From an uncultured Gemmatimonadales bacterium (GTDB lineage Bacteria > Gemmatimonadota > Gemmatimonadetes > Longimicrobiales > RSA9): a stretch of 64,000 nt of DNA. The stretch covers positions 224,001 to 288,000 of the forward strand of contig CAWFKH010000006.1 of the NCBI GenBank assembly GCA_963816355.1. The letters run 5' to 3'. This document shows, piece by piece, positions 1 through 10,231 of this stretch. Both the position numbers and the translations under genes were made by a program. Below the pieces are notes generated by a model. It saw only the letters and a program-made list of their open reading frames with translations, did no database searches and was not told where the DNA came from. Position 1 is the first letter of the stretch. The number at the start of each line of letters is the position of its first letter.

Positions 1-1045
1 GGGCGTCGGTGGCGTAGAGGGCGGGGCGCGTGGGGTACTGCCCCACGACGCGCGCGCGCTCGATCATCTGGCGGGGCGCGGTGAGGAATGCGATGAGCGC
101 GTAGGCCTCGCGCGGATGTCGGCTGCGGGCGTTGATGGCGAGCTGAGAGCCGCCGAGCGCGGCGGCGGAGCGGCCGCCGGGCGCCGCGGGCATCGGGGCG
201 GCGGCGAAGCGTCCGGCGACGGCGGACGCGCTGTCGCGGAGGAGCGCGTAGGCATAGGGCCAGTTGCGCATGAAGGCGGCGTCGCCCGCCTGGAAGGCGA
301 GGCGCGTCTGCTCCTCGTGCCAGGCGAGCACCGCCCGCGGAGAGATGGAGTCGAGATGGATCGCGTCGCGGAGCCAGGTGAGGGCGCGGATGCCGGCGTC
401 GGAATCGACGACGACGCGGCCGTCGTCGTCGAGGATGCGGCCGCCGAAGCCGGCGAGGTGCTCGAGGAAGACGGTGGTGAGGCCTTCGTAGCGCGCGCCC
501 TGCCAGACGTAGCCGTAGCGCACGCCGCGGCGGCGGGCGGAATCGGCGTCGGCCACGAGCTCCGTGAAGGTGGGCGGCGGTCGGCTCATGAGGTCGGTGC
601 GCCAGTAGAGCATGCCGACATCGACGAACCAGGGGAGGGCGTACGTGGAGTCGCGCCAGCGCGCGGCGCTCAGTGTGGCGGCGAAGAAGCTGTCGGCGGG
701 CGGCGCGAAGCGGTCGAGCGGGAGGATCCAGCCGGCGGCGGCGAACTCCGGCGTCCACACGACGTCGAGCTGGAGCACGTCCGGCTCGTCGGCGTGCGCG
801 TTGAGCCACTGGACGTAGAGCTGGTGGCGCGGGTCGGCGGCGTCGGGCGTGGAGCGGATCTCGACGCGGATGCCGGGATGGAGGGAATCGAAGCGGGCGA
901 TCTGCGAGCGCAGCAGCTGCGCTTCCCGGCCCACCCCGCTGCCGGACACGTGGAGGACGACGCCGCGGCCGCCGTCGCCCGGGGCGCCGCACGCCGCGAG
1001 GGCCGCGGCGAGCGCGGCGACGGCGACGGCGGCGGCGGTTCGCAT
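1..1045 (-). CDS. ABC transporter sugar-binding lipoprotein (trehalose/maltose-type), runs off the window start
   Basis: Not a closed ORF in the track. Minus-strand ATG at 1045 reads [19 protein letters not shown] (lipobox), then [59 protein letters not shown] and LGGSQLAIN, all typical of CUT1 binding proteins. Confidence 0.9.
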   Translation of the reverse strand, partial: MRTAAAVAVAALAAALAACGAPGDGGRGVVLHVSGSGVGREAQLLRSQIARFDSLHPGIRVEIRSTPDAADPRHQLYVQWLNAHADEPDVLQLDVVWTPEFAAAGWILPLDRFAPPADSFFAATLSAARWRDSTYALPWFVDVGMLYWRTDLMSRPPPTFTELVADADSARRRGVRYGYVWQGARYEGLTTVFLEHLAGFGGRILDDDGRVVVDSDAGIRALTWLRDAIHLDSISPRAVLAWHEEQTRLAFQAGDAAFMRNWPYAYALLRDSASAVAGRFAAAPMPAAPGGRSAAALGGSQLAINARSRHPREAYALIAFLTAPRQMIERARVVGQYPTRPALYATDA

Positions 1046-1128
1046 GCGCGAGTCTCCGGCGGCGAGTGAAAGGAAGCGGCGGCGCGGGATGGATACCACG
1101 CCTCGGAGGTGTGCGCAAAAGCAACGCC

Positions 1129-1154
1129 GGAACAAACATCGGCGGACATCGTAT
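1129..1154 (+). promoter_or_regulatory. Candidate ECF-sigma promoter for ftsH (GGAAC-N16-CGTAT)
   Basis: Matches the general ECF AAC...CGT consensus, about 45 bp upstream of the ftsH ATG. Confidence 0.35.
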
Positions 1155-1197
1155 CAGCCCTCCACGTGCCCACCTCCTCCAGCACCGTAGCATCGTG

Positions 1198-3030
1198 ATG
1201 TCGCGACATTTCCAGGGTTCGGGCGCCGCGCGCCTCGTCCGCCGGACGATCGCCTCTCTGGCGCTGCTCACCCCGCTGCTGCTCGCCGCGTGCGGCGGCG
1301 AGCGCGAATCGATTCCCTACAGCGAACTGAAGGCGCACATCGCCGCGGGCGACGTCGCGAGCGTGCGCGTGTCGCCGGGCGCGATCGTGGCGGAGCCGAC
1401 GGCGGCCGCACGCAAGTCGGGTGCGCCCGCCGCGTGGGACGCGGTGCCGCTGCAGGAGGACGCCGGCCTGGTGACGCTGCTCGACGCGCACCACGTCGTC
1501 TATCAGGGCGGCTCCGACCGTCCGGGTCCACTCGTCGCCATCCCGATCCTGCTCGGCGCGCTCACGATCGTCTTCGGCGTCGGCTATCTCCAGCGGCGCA
1601 ACGCGACGGCGGGGTTGCACGGCGTGGCGCGGCTGCGGGTGCGGAACGCGGGGGCGGGCCACGCGCCGGGCGACCGTTTCGAGGACGTCGCCGGTGCCGA
1701 CGAGGTGAAGGAGGAGCTGGAGGAGCTGGTCGCGTTCCTGAAGCGGCCGGAGCGGTTCCGCCGGCTGGGGGTGCACGTACCGAAGGGCGTCCTCCTGGTG
1801 GGGCCGCCCGGTACCGGCAAGACGCTGCTGGCGCGTGCGGTGGCGGGCGAGGCGGGCGTGCCGTTCTTCTCGATGAGCGGCTCCGCGTTCGTCGAGGTGT
1901 ACGTGGGCGTGGGCGCGGCGCGCGTGCGCAAGCTGTTCCATACGGCACGCGGCAAGGCGCCGTGCATCGTCTTCATCGACGAGCTCGACGCGATCGGCAA
2001 GAGCCGCGCGGGCGGACCCGCGGCGAACGACGAGCGCGAGCAGGCGCTCAACCAGCTCCTCGTCTCGATGGACGGCTTCGAGGCGTCCGCGGGCGTGATC
2101 GTCATGGCGGCGACGAACCGCCCCGAGATCCTCGATCCGGCGCTGCTGCGGCCGGGGCGCTTCGACCGCCAGGTCGCGCTCGGTCGCCCCGACGCGGCGG
2201 GCCGCGAGGCGATCCTGCGGGTGCACGGCCGCCGCATCCGCGTCGGTGCGGAGGTCGATTTCGGCGACATCGCCGGGCGCACGGCCGGCTTTACCGGCGC
2301 CGACCTGGCCAACGTCCTGAACGAGGCGGGCCTCGTCGCCGCCCGCCGCGACGGGCACGAGATCGGAATGGCGGACATCGACGCCGCCATCGACCGCGTC
2401 GTCGCGGGCATCGAGAAGAAGAGCCGCCTGCTGAATCCGAAGGAGCGGCGGATCGTAGCCTACCACGAGGCGGGCCACGCGATCGTGGGCTGCGCGTCGG
2501 AGCAGGGCGAGGCGGTCAAGAAGGTCTCGATCGTGCCACGCGGGCTGGCGGCGCTCGGCTACACGCAGCACGTGCCGGAAGACCGCAACCTGCTGCAGCT
2601 CGACGAGCTGCACCATCGTCTGGACGTGCTGCTGGGCGGGCGCGCCGCCGAGCTCGTCGCGTTCGGCAAGGTGTCGACCGGCGCGATGAACGACCTGGAG
2701 CGCGCGAGCGATCTGGCGCGGCGGATGGTCACGGAGTTCGGCATGTCGGACGCGCTCGGCCCGGTTGCATACGCGACGCAGGGCTCGCCGCTCCTGGGCG
2801 GCAAGGCGGAGCGCGACTGCAGCGACGACACGTCGAGGCGGATCGATGCGGAGGTGCAGCGGCTCGTCTCGGACGCGTTCGAGCGTTCGTGCCGGCTGCT
2901 GCAGGAGCGGCGCGATCTGCTCGAGCGCGTCGCCACGCAGCTTCTCGAGGTGGAGACGATCGACGGTGCGCAGCTCCGCGCGCTGGTCGCGGAGGACGAG
3001 GCGCTGCGCCGGCTGGCGGTCGAGGCGTAG
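1198..3030 (+). CDS. ftsH: ATP-dependent zinc metalloprotease FtsH paralog with a lipobox-like N-terminus
   Basis: Walker A GPPGTGKT, Walker [32 protein letters not shown], zinc motif [13 protein letters not shown] and STGAMND; ATG at 1198. Confidence 0.95.
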   Translation: MSRHFQGSGAARLVRRTIASLALLTPLLLAACGGERESIPYSELKAHIAAGDVASVRVSPGAIVAEPTAAARKSGAPAAWDAVPLQEDAGLVTLLDAHHVVYQGGSDRPGPLVAIPILLGALTIVFGVGYLQRRNATAGLHGVARLRVRNAGAGHAPGDRFEDVAGADEVKEELEELVAFLKRPERFRRLGVHVPKGVLLVGPPGTGKTLLARAVAGEAGVPFFSMSGSAFVEVYVGVGAARVRKLFHTARGKAPCIVFIDELDAIGKSRAGGPAANDEREQALNQLLVSMDGFEASAGVIVMAATNRPEILDPALLRPGRFDRQVALGRPDAAGREAILRVHGRRIRVGAEVDFGDIAGRTAGFTGADLANVLNEAGLVAARRDGHEIGMADIDAAIDRVVAGIEKKSRLLNPKERRIVAYHEAGHAIVGCASEQGEAVKKVSIVPRGLAALGYTQHVPEDRNLLQLDELHHRLDVLLGGRAAELVAFGKVSTGAMNDLERASDLARRMVTEFGMSDALGPVAYATQGSPLLGGKAERDCSDDTSRRIDAEVQRLVSDAFERSCRLLQERRDLLERVATQLLEVETIDGAQLRALVAEDEALRRLAVEA

Positions 3031-3072
3031 CGCACCCGCCCGCCGCGCGGTGGTCGGCGCAGGCGCGTGGCC

Positions 3073-3139
3073 TTCAGCGCAGCCAGTGGCCCTCAGCGCA
3101 GCCAGTGGCCCTCAGCGCAGCGGTGGTGCTCAGCGCAGG
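3073..3139. repeat. 19-bp tandem repeat (CTCAGCGCAGCCAGTGGCC), about 3.5 copies; the last copy overlaps the K+ regulatory subunit stop codon
   Basis: Read directly from the sequence. Confidence 0.85.
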
Positions 3140-3786
3140 CGGGTGACCTTCGTGAGGTGCTCCTCGGCGCCGGCGACGAGGAGCGTGTCCGACTCCTTGA
3201 GGACGGCGTCCGGGTCCGGGATCGGGAGCATCTCGTCCGTGAGCACGTCGTGCACCGCGATGATGGAGATCTTGTACGCCTTGGGTAGCTGCAGCTCGCG
3301 CAGCGAGAGACCGATCCACTCGTCCGGCACCGCCATCTCCTGGATGCTGAATCCCTGGCCGAGGCGGTAGTAGTTGAGGATCGCCTGGTTCGAGATCCGC
3401 TTCCCCAGCCGCAGGGCCGACTCCCGCTCCGGGAAGATCGTCTCCGTCACGCCCAGCCGCTCCATCACGCGGGCGTGGTCGCGAGAGATCACCTTCACGT
3501 AGATGTCGTCGACGCCGATGTCGCGCAGCGCGAGCGTCGTCAGCACGCTGGCGGTGATGTCGTCGCCGGTGCTCACGACGCCGGTGTCGGCATCGGCGGC
3601 GCCGAGCCGCTCGAGCGCGCGCAGGTCGCGCCCGTCGCCGACGGCCGCGCGCGTGACGTAGGGCGCGATGCGGTCGACCAGGTCCGCCCTGATGTCGAGC
3701 GCGATCACTTCCTGACCATCGGCGTAGAGCGCTTCGGCGACGCCGGAGCCGAAGTTGCCGAGTCCCACGATGATGAAGCGTTTCAT
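3130..3786 (-). CDS. ktrA: TrkA/KtrA family K+ uptake regulatory (RCK) subunit
   Basis: Rossmann motif IIVGLGNFG, RCK_N and RCK_C domains; directly downstream of the membrane subunit. Confidence 0.9.
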   Translation of the reverse strand: MKRFIIVGLGNFGSGVAEALYADGQEVIALDIRADLVDRIAPYVTRAAVGDGRDLRALERLGAADADTGVVSTGDDITASVLTTLALRDIGVDDIYVKVISRDHARVMERLGVTETIFPERESALRLGKRISNQAILNYYRLGQGFSIQEMAVPDEWIGLSLRELQLPKAYKISIIAVHDVLTDEMLPIPDPDAVLKESDTLLVAGAEEHLTKVTRLR

Positions 3787-3796
3787 CCTCGCCCTC

Positions 3797-5254
3797 TCAT
3801 CCGATGACGACGTCTTCATAGGCGTAGCGGAACTCGCCGGCCGGGGTCGGCTCGGCGAGCGCGATCGCGGCGGCGAAGGTGAGCGGACCCACGCGGCCGA
3901 GGTACATCAGCAGGATCGAGATCCAGCGGCCCCAGGACGACAGGTCCACCGTCGCGCCCATCGAGAGGCCGACGGTGTTGAACGCGCTGGCCGCCTCGAA
4001 CATGTAGGCGAGGAAGCCGTGCCGCGAGACGGGCGGCAGCGACGCCTCCAGGCTGACGTAGCCGAAGATCGCCGCCGTGATGAGCCCGAACGCGACGACG
4101 AAGAGCCCGATCGAGCGCTGGATCGTCTCTTCGGGGATCGTGCGGCCCCACACGCTCGTGTACTCGCGGCCGCGCAGGCGAGCGTAGGCGAGGAGGATGA
4201 TCAGGCCGAACGTCGTCGTCTTGACGCCGCCCGCCGTGGAGCCGGGCGAGCCGCCGATGAACATGAGCAGGATCGTGAGGAAGTTCGTGCTGTCGGCGGC
4301 CTTCGAGTAGTCGATCGTGTTGAAGCCGGCGGTCCGGGGCGTGACGCTCATGAAGAGGCCGTTGAGCAGCTTGGCCCAGATCGGCATGCCGTCGAGCGCG
4401 CCGTGCCACTCGAAGAGGCAGCAGAGGACCCATCCGAGCGCGATGAGCGCGCCGGTCGTGACGAGCACCAGGCGCGAGTGCAGCGAGACGCGGGGGTGGC
4501 GGCCGGCGCCCCGCGACTTGCGCCACAGGTAGATCTCCTCGAGCGTCAGGAAGCCGAGGCCGCCGAGCACGATCAGGGCCATGGTGGTCGTCAGCCCGAT
4601 CGGGTCCGTCTGGAATCCGACGAGGGAGTCGGAGAACGTGGAGAAGCCGGCGTTGCAGAAGGCGCTGACGGACTGGAAGATGGCGTGCCACACCGCGCGG
4701 CCGGGCGGAAAGCGGGGGAACCAGGAGAGGAGCAGGAGCGCCGCCCCGATCAGCTCGAGCAGGAAGGTGAAGCGGATCACGTGCTTCGCCAGCGAGCGGT
4801 AGTCGACGTGCGGCGCCACCTCCGCCTGTCCCGCGGTGAGCGTCTCGTGGCGCACCGAGAGGCGGCGGCCGAGGGCGATGATGATCACCGTCGTGAAGGT
4901 GATGATGCCGAGTCCACCGAGCTGGACCAGCAGGAGAATCACCGCCTGGCCGGCGGTCGTGAAGTAGGTGGCGGTGTCGACGACGATCAGCCCGGTCACG
5001 CACACGGCGCTCGTCGCCGTGAAGAGCGCGTCCAGCCAGCTCAGGCCGGGGCCGGTGTAGAGCCCCGGCAGCAGCTCGAGCGCGAGCGTGCCCGCCAGGA
5101 TCAGCAGCGCGAAGGAGAGCACGAAGAGCTGCGGCGGCTTGAGGCGGCGCACGAAGCTACGGCGGACCCGGATCGTGACGTCCCACGTTCCGAGCAGGCC
5201 GCGCCCCTCCGGCGTCGCGCCTTTCCCGCGGCGTGCTGTGCGTCGTGATGCCAT
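3797..5254 (-). CDS. ktrB: TrkH/KtrB family K+ uptake membrane subunit
   Basis: Pore motifs FTATSAVCVTGL, SAFCNAGFS, TPRTAGFN, GGSPGSTAGGVK, SAFNTVGLS and MYLGRVGPL; start approximate. Confidence 0.92.
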   Translation of the reverse strand: MASRRTARRGKGATPEGRGLLGTWDVTIRVRRSFVRRLKPPQLFVLSFALLILAGTLALELLPGLYTGPGLSWLDALFTATSAVCVTGLIVVDTATYFTTAGQAVILLLVQLGGLGIITFTTVIIIALGRRLSVRHETLTAGQAEVAPHVDYRSLAKHVIRFTFLLELIGAALLLLSWFPRFPPGRAVWHAIFQSVSAFCNAGFSTFSDSLVGFQTDPIGLTTTMALIVLGGLGFLTLEEIYLWRKSRGAGRHPRVSLHSRLVLVTTGALIALGWVLCCLFEWHGALDGMPIWAKLLNGLFMSVTPRTAGFNTIDYSKAADSTNFLTILLMFIGGSPGSTAGGVKTTTFGLIILLAYARLRGREYTSVWGRTIPEETIQRSIGLFVVAFGLITAAIFGYVSLEASLPPVSRHGFLAYMFEAASAFNTVGLSMGATVDLSSWGRWISILLMYLGRVGPLTFAAAIALAEPTPAGEFRYAYEDVVIG

Positions 5255-5297
5255 GCGAGCATTTCCCGAGGGCTGCGGATCCGTGCGGCTGGACGGC

Positions 5298-5350
5298 GTG
5301 AGCGTCCGCGCGGCTCGGCCGGCGTGAGCGCGGCTCGGCCGGCGTGAGCG
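5298..5350. repeat. 20-bp tandem duplication (GTGAGCGCGGCTCGGCCGGC) in the divergent intergenic region
   Basis: Read directly from the sequence. Confidence 0.75.
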
Positions 5351-5495
5351 CCGCCCGCCATCCTCCGCGCCGGAGCGACGGCACGCAAACATAAGCGTGC
5401 CCGGACGTGCGCGCGCCTGTGCCCTCACCGCCGCCGCCCCGGTCGGTGCATGGACCGGTTTACGCGGCGTCGGGCGGCGCGGTAACTTGTCGCGC

Positions 5496-6275
5496 ATGGC
5501 ACACGTCCTCCTCATCCAACACGAGCCGTACGAGACGGCCGGCACGCTCGGCGACGTGCTCGTCGCGCGCGGCATCGGTCTACGCGCGGTCCGCGTCTTC
5601 GCGGGCGAGCCGGTACCGCGCTCGCTCGGCGCGGCGGCGGGCCTCGTCCTCATGGGCGGCTCGATGGGCGTCTACGAGAGCGAGCGCTTTCCGCACCTCA
5701 CGGACGAGGTGCGCCTGACCGAGCGCGTGCTCGCCGCCGGCGCCCCGATCCTCGGCATCTGCCTGGGGAGCCAGCTGCTGGCGAGCGCGCTCGGCGCCGA
5801 GGTGCGGCCGACCGGCCGCAAGGAGATCGGTTGGCATCCGGTGCGCTTCAGCGCGGCCGCGGCGGAGGACCCGCTGTGGCATGCGGCGCCGCGCGAGCTT
5901 CTGGCGCTCCACTGGCACGGGGACGCGTACGACCTCCCGCCGGGATCGGTCCACCTCGCTTCCTCCGCGGCCACGCCGGTGCAGGCGTACCGTTACGGCG
6001 ACGCCGCGTGGGGGACGCTCTTCCACCCCGAGGTCACGTCGGCGCTCGTAGCCGACATGGCGGCGGCGTTCGCGGGCGAGCTGCGCGAGGAAGGCCTCGA
6101 CGCCGGGCCACTTCGCTCCGACTCCGCGCGCTACTCCGCCGCGCTGCGCGACGCCGCGGCGCCCGCCTTCGGCGCGTGGGCGTCGCGCGTCCTCGCCGCG
6201 GCGGGGGAGGGGGAAGCCGAAGCGGGCGGGAGGGACGGCGCGGCGGGCGCCGCTCGCGGCGGCGGGCGCACGTGA
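5496..6275 (+). CDS. Class I glutamine amidotransferase (GMP-synthase-like)
   Basis: MGGSMGVY, nucleophile elbow LGICLGSQLLA, WHGD and FHPE triad. Confidence 0.9.
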   Translation: MAHVLLIQHEPYETAGTLGDVLVARGIGLRAVRVFAGEPVPRSLGAAAGLVLMGGSMGVYESERFPHLTDEVRLTERVLAAGAPILGICLGSQLLASALGAEVRPTGRKEIGWHPVRFSAAAAEDPLWHAAPRELLALHWHGDAYDLPPGSVHLASSAATPVQAYRYGDAAWGTLFHPEVTSALVADMAAAFAGELREEGLDAGPLRSDSARYSAALRDAAAPAFGAWASRVLAAAGEGEAEAGGRDGAAGAARGGGRT

Positions 6276-6291
6276 GCGGCGGCGGGCGCGC

Positions 6292-7239
6292 GTGAGCGGC
6301 GGGGCAGGGGGCTTCGAGCGCGTGCGCGCGATCGGCGACGGCGTCGCCTGCCTCGACCTCGAGTACCTCGGTCGCCCATGGTGGATCGCCACCGCGCTGC
6401 TGAGCGGCGCGGACGGGGCGGCGCTGATCGATCCGGGGCCCGCCTCGGCGCGCGCGGGACTCGACGCGGCGCTCGCCGCGGCGGGACTCTCGCTCGCGGA
6501 CGTGCGCGCCATCGTGCTCACCCACATCCACCTGGACCACGCCGGCGTGACGGGCTCGCTCGTGCGGGAGCAGCCCGGCCTGCGGGTGTTCGTGCACGAG
6601 CGGGGGGCGCCGCACGTCGCGGATCCGGCGCGGCTGCTGGCCAGCGCCAGGCGGATCTACGGCGACGCGATGGACCGGCTCTGGGGCGAGGTCGCGGCGG
6701 TGCCGGCGTCGTCGATCGTCGCGTTGAGGGGAGGTGAGCGGATCCGGCCGGCGGGGCGGCGTCTCGCCGTCGCGTACACGCCGGGCCACGCGTCCCACCA
6801 CGTCTCCTACCTCGACGAATCGGCCGGGCTCGCGTTCGTGGGCGACACGGCAGGCATCCGCATCGACGATGCGCCCTTCGTGCTGCCGGTCACGCCGCCG
6901 CCGGACATCGATCTCGAGTTGTGGGAGGAGAGCGTCGCGCGCATCCGGGCGTGGGGGGCGGACCGCCTCTTCGTCACGCACTTCGGCGCGGCCTCCGACG
7001 CGGAGTGGCACCTCGACTTCCACGCAGCGCGCCTGCACGCGGCCGCGGAGTGGGTGCGCGTGTCGCTGGCGGAGGACCGCAGCGACGCGGACCGGGCGAG
7101 CGCCTTCGCGGCGTGGATGCGCGCGGACCTGGAGCGTCGTCTCGCGCCGGATACCGCGGCGATCTACCAGGCGGGCGGTGCCCTCGAGGACGACTGGCGC
7201 GGCCTCGCGCGCTACTGGCGCCGCAGGGGCGCGGCTTGA
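6292..7239 (+). CDS. MBL-fold metallo-hydrolase
   Basis: THIHLDHAG, TPGHASHH, FVGD and THFG motifs. Confidence 0.92.
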   Translation: MSGGAGGFERVRAIGDGVACLDLEYLGRPWWIATALLSGADGAALIDPGPASARAGLDAALAAAGLSLADVRAIVLTHIHLDHAGVTGSLVREQPGLRVFVHERGAPHVADPARLLASARRIYGDAMDRLWGEVAAVPASSIVALRGGERIRPAGRRLAVAYTPGHASHHVSYLDESAGLAFVGDTAGIRIDDAPFVLPVTPPPDIDLELWEESVARIRAWGADRLFVTHFGAASDAEWHLDFHAARLHAAAEWVRVSLAEDRSDADRASAFAAWMRADLERRLAPDTAAIYQAGGALEDDWRGLARYWRRRGAA

Positions 7240-8417
7240 CGGACGGCGACGCCGCTCCGCACGCGCCGGCGGCGGCGGCCGATCTCCGGGTCGACGCGCT
7301 CGTCCTGCGCGAGATCCGCCTGCCGCTGCGCGAGCCGTTCCGCATCTCGTCGGGTGAGGTGTGGGACCGGCGCATCCTGGTGGTCGAGGTGCGGCATGCG
7401 GACGGCGTGTCCGCCTGGTCGGAGTGCGTCGCGGGCGAGCGGCCGAACTACGGTCCGGAGACCATCGACACGGCGTGGCTCGCGATCCGTGAGTGGATCG
7501 CGCCGCGCGTCCTCGGGCGCACGTTCGCGGAGCCGGCGGAGGTCCACCCGGTGCTGGAGCGCGACTTCCGGGGCCACCTGATGGCGAAGGCGGCGGTGGA
7601 GATGGGCGTCTGGGATCTGGCCGCGCGGCTGCGCGGCGCGCCGCTGGCGCGCCTGCTGGGAGGGGAACGCGAGCGCGTGCCGGTGGGGATCTCGATCGGG
7701 ATCCAGGCGGATCCGGCCGCGCTCGTGCGGCGCGCCCGCGCCGCGCTCGAGTCGGGATACCGCAAGGTGAAGATGAAGATCGAACCGGGCGCGGACCTCG
7801 ATTTCCTGGCGGCGGTGCGCGACGCGCTGGGCCCGGAGGCGCCGTTGATGGCGGACGCGAATTCCGCCTACACGCTCGCCGACGCGGACCGGCTCGTGCG
7901 GCTCGACGCGCTCGCGCTGATGATGATCGAACAGCCGCTCGCGGGCACCGACCTGGTGCGGCACGCGGCCCTGCAGCGCCGGCTCGCGACGCCGATCTGC
8001 CTGGACGAGTCGATCGAGTCGCCGGCGGACGCCGAGGACATGATCGCCCTGGGCAGCGGCCGCGTCGTCAACATCAAGCCGGGCCGCGTGGGTGGCTTCG
8101 CGGCCGCGATCGCCGTCCACGACCTCTGCCGCGACCACGGCATCCCGGTCTGGTGCGGCGGCATGCTCGAGAGCGGGATCGGGCGGGCGCACAACGTCGC
8201 GCTCGCATCGCTGGCGAACTTCCGGCTGCCCGGCGACATCTCGCCCAGCGCGCGCTACTGGGAGCGCGACGTCGTGCTGCCGGAGTGGACGATGGAGGAT
8301 GGAATGATGCGGGTTCCGCTGGAGCGGGCCGGAATCGGCGTCGAAATCGACGTCGACCGCCTCGAAGACGTGACCGCCCGCGCGGAGACGCTTCTCGCTC
8401 CCCAGGCGCGGCCGTGA
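7236..8417 (+). CDS. menC: o-succinylbenzoate synthase / N-acylamino acid racemase (enolase superfamily)
   Basis: KVKMKI, MADANSAY, MIEQPL, CLDESI, NIKPGRVGG, WCGGMLESGIG and PGDISPS; probable TTG start overlapping the upstream stop. Confidence 0.88.
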   Translation: MTDGDAAPHAPAAAADLRVDALVLREIRLPLREPFRISSGEVWDRRILVVEVRHADGVSAWSECVAGERPNYGPETIDTAWLAIREWIAPRVLGRTFAEPAEVHPVLERDFRGHLMAKAAVEMGVWDLAARLRGAPLARLLGGERERVPVGISIGIQADPAALVRRARAALESGYRKVKMKIEPGADLDFLAAVRDALGPEAPLMADANSAYTLADADRLVRLDALALMMIEQPLAGTDLVRHAALQRRLATPICLDESIESPADAEDMIALGSGRVVNIKPGRVGGFAAAIAVHDLCRDHGIPVWCGGMLESGIGRAHNVALASLANFRLPGDISPSARYWERDVVLPEWTMEDGMMRVPLERAGIGVEIDVDRLEDVTARAETLLAPQARP

Positions 8418-8815
8418 AGCCGCGCGGGCCGGAAGGCATGGGCGGCGGCGACGAGGCTTCCGGTCTGCTGCGCACGCTCGTGCGGCTGGAGGAGCGCTTC
8501 TGGAGGGCGGACGCCCGATTCTACCGCGAGAACCTGTCGGAGAACTGCCTCATGATCCTTCCCGGCGTCGGCGTGCTGTCGCGCGAGGCGGCGATCGAGG
8601 GGATCGAGAACGGGCCTCGCTGGGCGGCGGTCGACATCACGGAAGCGCGCATCACCGAGCTGGCGCACGGCGCCATGGTCCTCACCTATCGCGCGCTCGC
8701 CACGCGCGAGGGCCGGGGCGTGCCGTACGAGGCGCTCGTCAGCAGCGCGTACGTCGAGCGCGACGGCGGCTGGAAGCTCGCCTTCCACCACCAGACGCCC
8801 GCGCGGCCGCGATAG
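8414..8815 (+). CDS. NTF2-like / DUF4440 family protein
   Basis: GTGA overlap with the upstream gene; C-terminal SSAYVERDGGWKLAFHHQT is typical of the family. Confidence 0.8.
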   Translation: MKPRGPEGMGGGDEASGLLRTLVRLEERFWRADARFYRENLSENCLMILPGVGVLSREAAIEGIENGPRWAAVDITEARITELAHGAMVLTYRALATREGRGVPYEALVSSAYVERDGGWKLAFHHQTPARPR

Positions 8816-8883
8816 CTGCCGCGGCGCCGACGGCGCGAGGCGCAGCGCCAACAGCACGAGCCGCGGCGCCAACGGCGCGACGC

Positions 8884-10158
8884 TCACCCGCCGTGCGGCC
8901 GCTCTTCGCGCTGCAGCCGCGCCGCGACCGCCTCCATCTCCTTCATCGCACGCAGCAGGTTCTGCCCCGCGATCTTCTCGAGCTGCTCCTCCGTGTAGCC
9001 GCGCCTCAGCAGCTCCGCGAAGAGCACGGGATAGGCGGCGACGTCCTTCATCCCCAGCGGATAGTCGCCGCCGATGCCGTCGTAGTCGGAGCCGAGGCCG
9101 ACGTGGTCGATTCCGGCGACGTTCACGATGTGGTCGATGTGGTCGGCAATGTCGCCCGTGGTCGCCCGCGGCCGCGGGTGCGCCTCGGTCCACGCGTGGA
9201 CCTGCGCCTCCTCCTCCTCGCGCGTCGCCGAGGAACGCTTCGCCACCTCGCGAACCGAGTCGAGCCCGGCGCTCCACGCGCCGATCCCCTTCGCGGTGAA
9301 GCAGGGGCAGAAGTTCACCATCACGACGCCGCCGTTCTGCTTCATGCGCGCGAGCACGTCGTCCGGCACGTTGCGAGGATGGTCGACCAGCGCGCGCGCG
9401 GAGGAGTGGGAGAAGATGACCGGGGCGCGGCTGACGCGCAGCACGTCGCGCATGACGTCCGCGCTGACGTGCGAGATGTCGACGAACATGCCGACCCGGT
9501 TCATCTCGCGGACGACGTCGTCGCCGAAGGCGGTGAGGCCGCCGTGGCGAGGGAAATCGAGCGCGGCGTCCGCCCAGGCGAGCGTCGTGTTGTGGGTCAG
9601 CGTCATGTAGCGCACGCCGAGCTCGTGGAGCATCCGCAGCGCCGCGAGCGAGTTCTCGATCGCGTGTCCGCCCTCGACGCCGATCAGGGACGCGATCTTG
9701 CCCTCCTTCTCGATGCGCTCGATGTCGGCGGCGGTGGACGCCATCTCGTACGCCCGCGGGTACGCGGCGACGAGGCGGTGTGCCATGTCGACCTCGCGCA
9801 GGGCCTGCCGCAGGGCGGCGCCGGTCGCGATCGAGTCGTTCTCCACGTACGCGGACCAGAACTGCGCGCCCACGTGCCCCGCGCGCTGCCGCGGGATGTC
9901 CGTCTGAAGCGCCGGCTGGCCCTCGTCGAGGTGGGCGGCGTACGGATCGCCGTCGAACTTCTCCAGCAGCTCGGAGGGCAGGTCGTTGTGGCCATCGATG
10001 ACCGGAACGCGCGCGAGGATCGCGTCGGCGCGGGCGAGCAGCGCCGGATCCGGCGCCGGCCAGTCGCGCTGCTGCGCGGCGGCGGGCCGATAGGTCATGG
10101 CGAGCGCGAAGGCGACGGCGAGCGCCAGTGACGGCGTGCGCGCGGCGGAGTAGAGCAT
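8884..10158 (-). CDS. Exported membrane dipeptidase (peptidase M19)
   Basis: Signal peptide; IDGHNDLP, GAQFWSAY, GVEGGHAI, RYMTLTH, VDISH, FSHS and GLGSDYDG. Confidence 0.93.
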   Translation of the reverse strand: MLYSAARTPSLALAVAFALAMTYRPAAAQQRDWPAPDPALLARADAILARVPVIDGHNDLPSELLEKFDGDPYAAHLDEGQPALQTDIPRQRAGHVGAQFWSAYVENDSIATGAALRQALREVDMAHRLVAAYPRAYEMASTAADIERIEKEGKIASLIGVEGGHAIENSLAALRMLHELGVRYMTLTHNTTLAWADAALDFPRHGGLTAFGDDVVREMNRVGMFVDISHVSADVMRDVLRVSRAPVIFSHSSARALVDHPRNVPDDVLARMKQNGGVVMVNFCPCFTAKGIGAWSAGLDSVREVAKRSSATREEEEAQVHAWTEAHPRPRATTGDIADHIDHIVNVAGIDHVGLGSDYDGIGGDYPLGMKDVAAYPVLFAELLRRGYTEEQLEKIAGQNLLRAMKEMEAVAARLQREERPHGG

Positions 10159-10231
10159 CGGTCGCTCCGTGCGGACGGTTCGAGTGCGGAGGGACGCAAG
10201 GTAGGCGCGACGCGACGCGTCGGCCAGCCGG

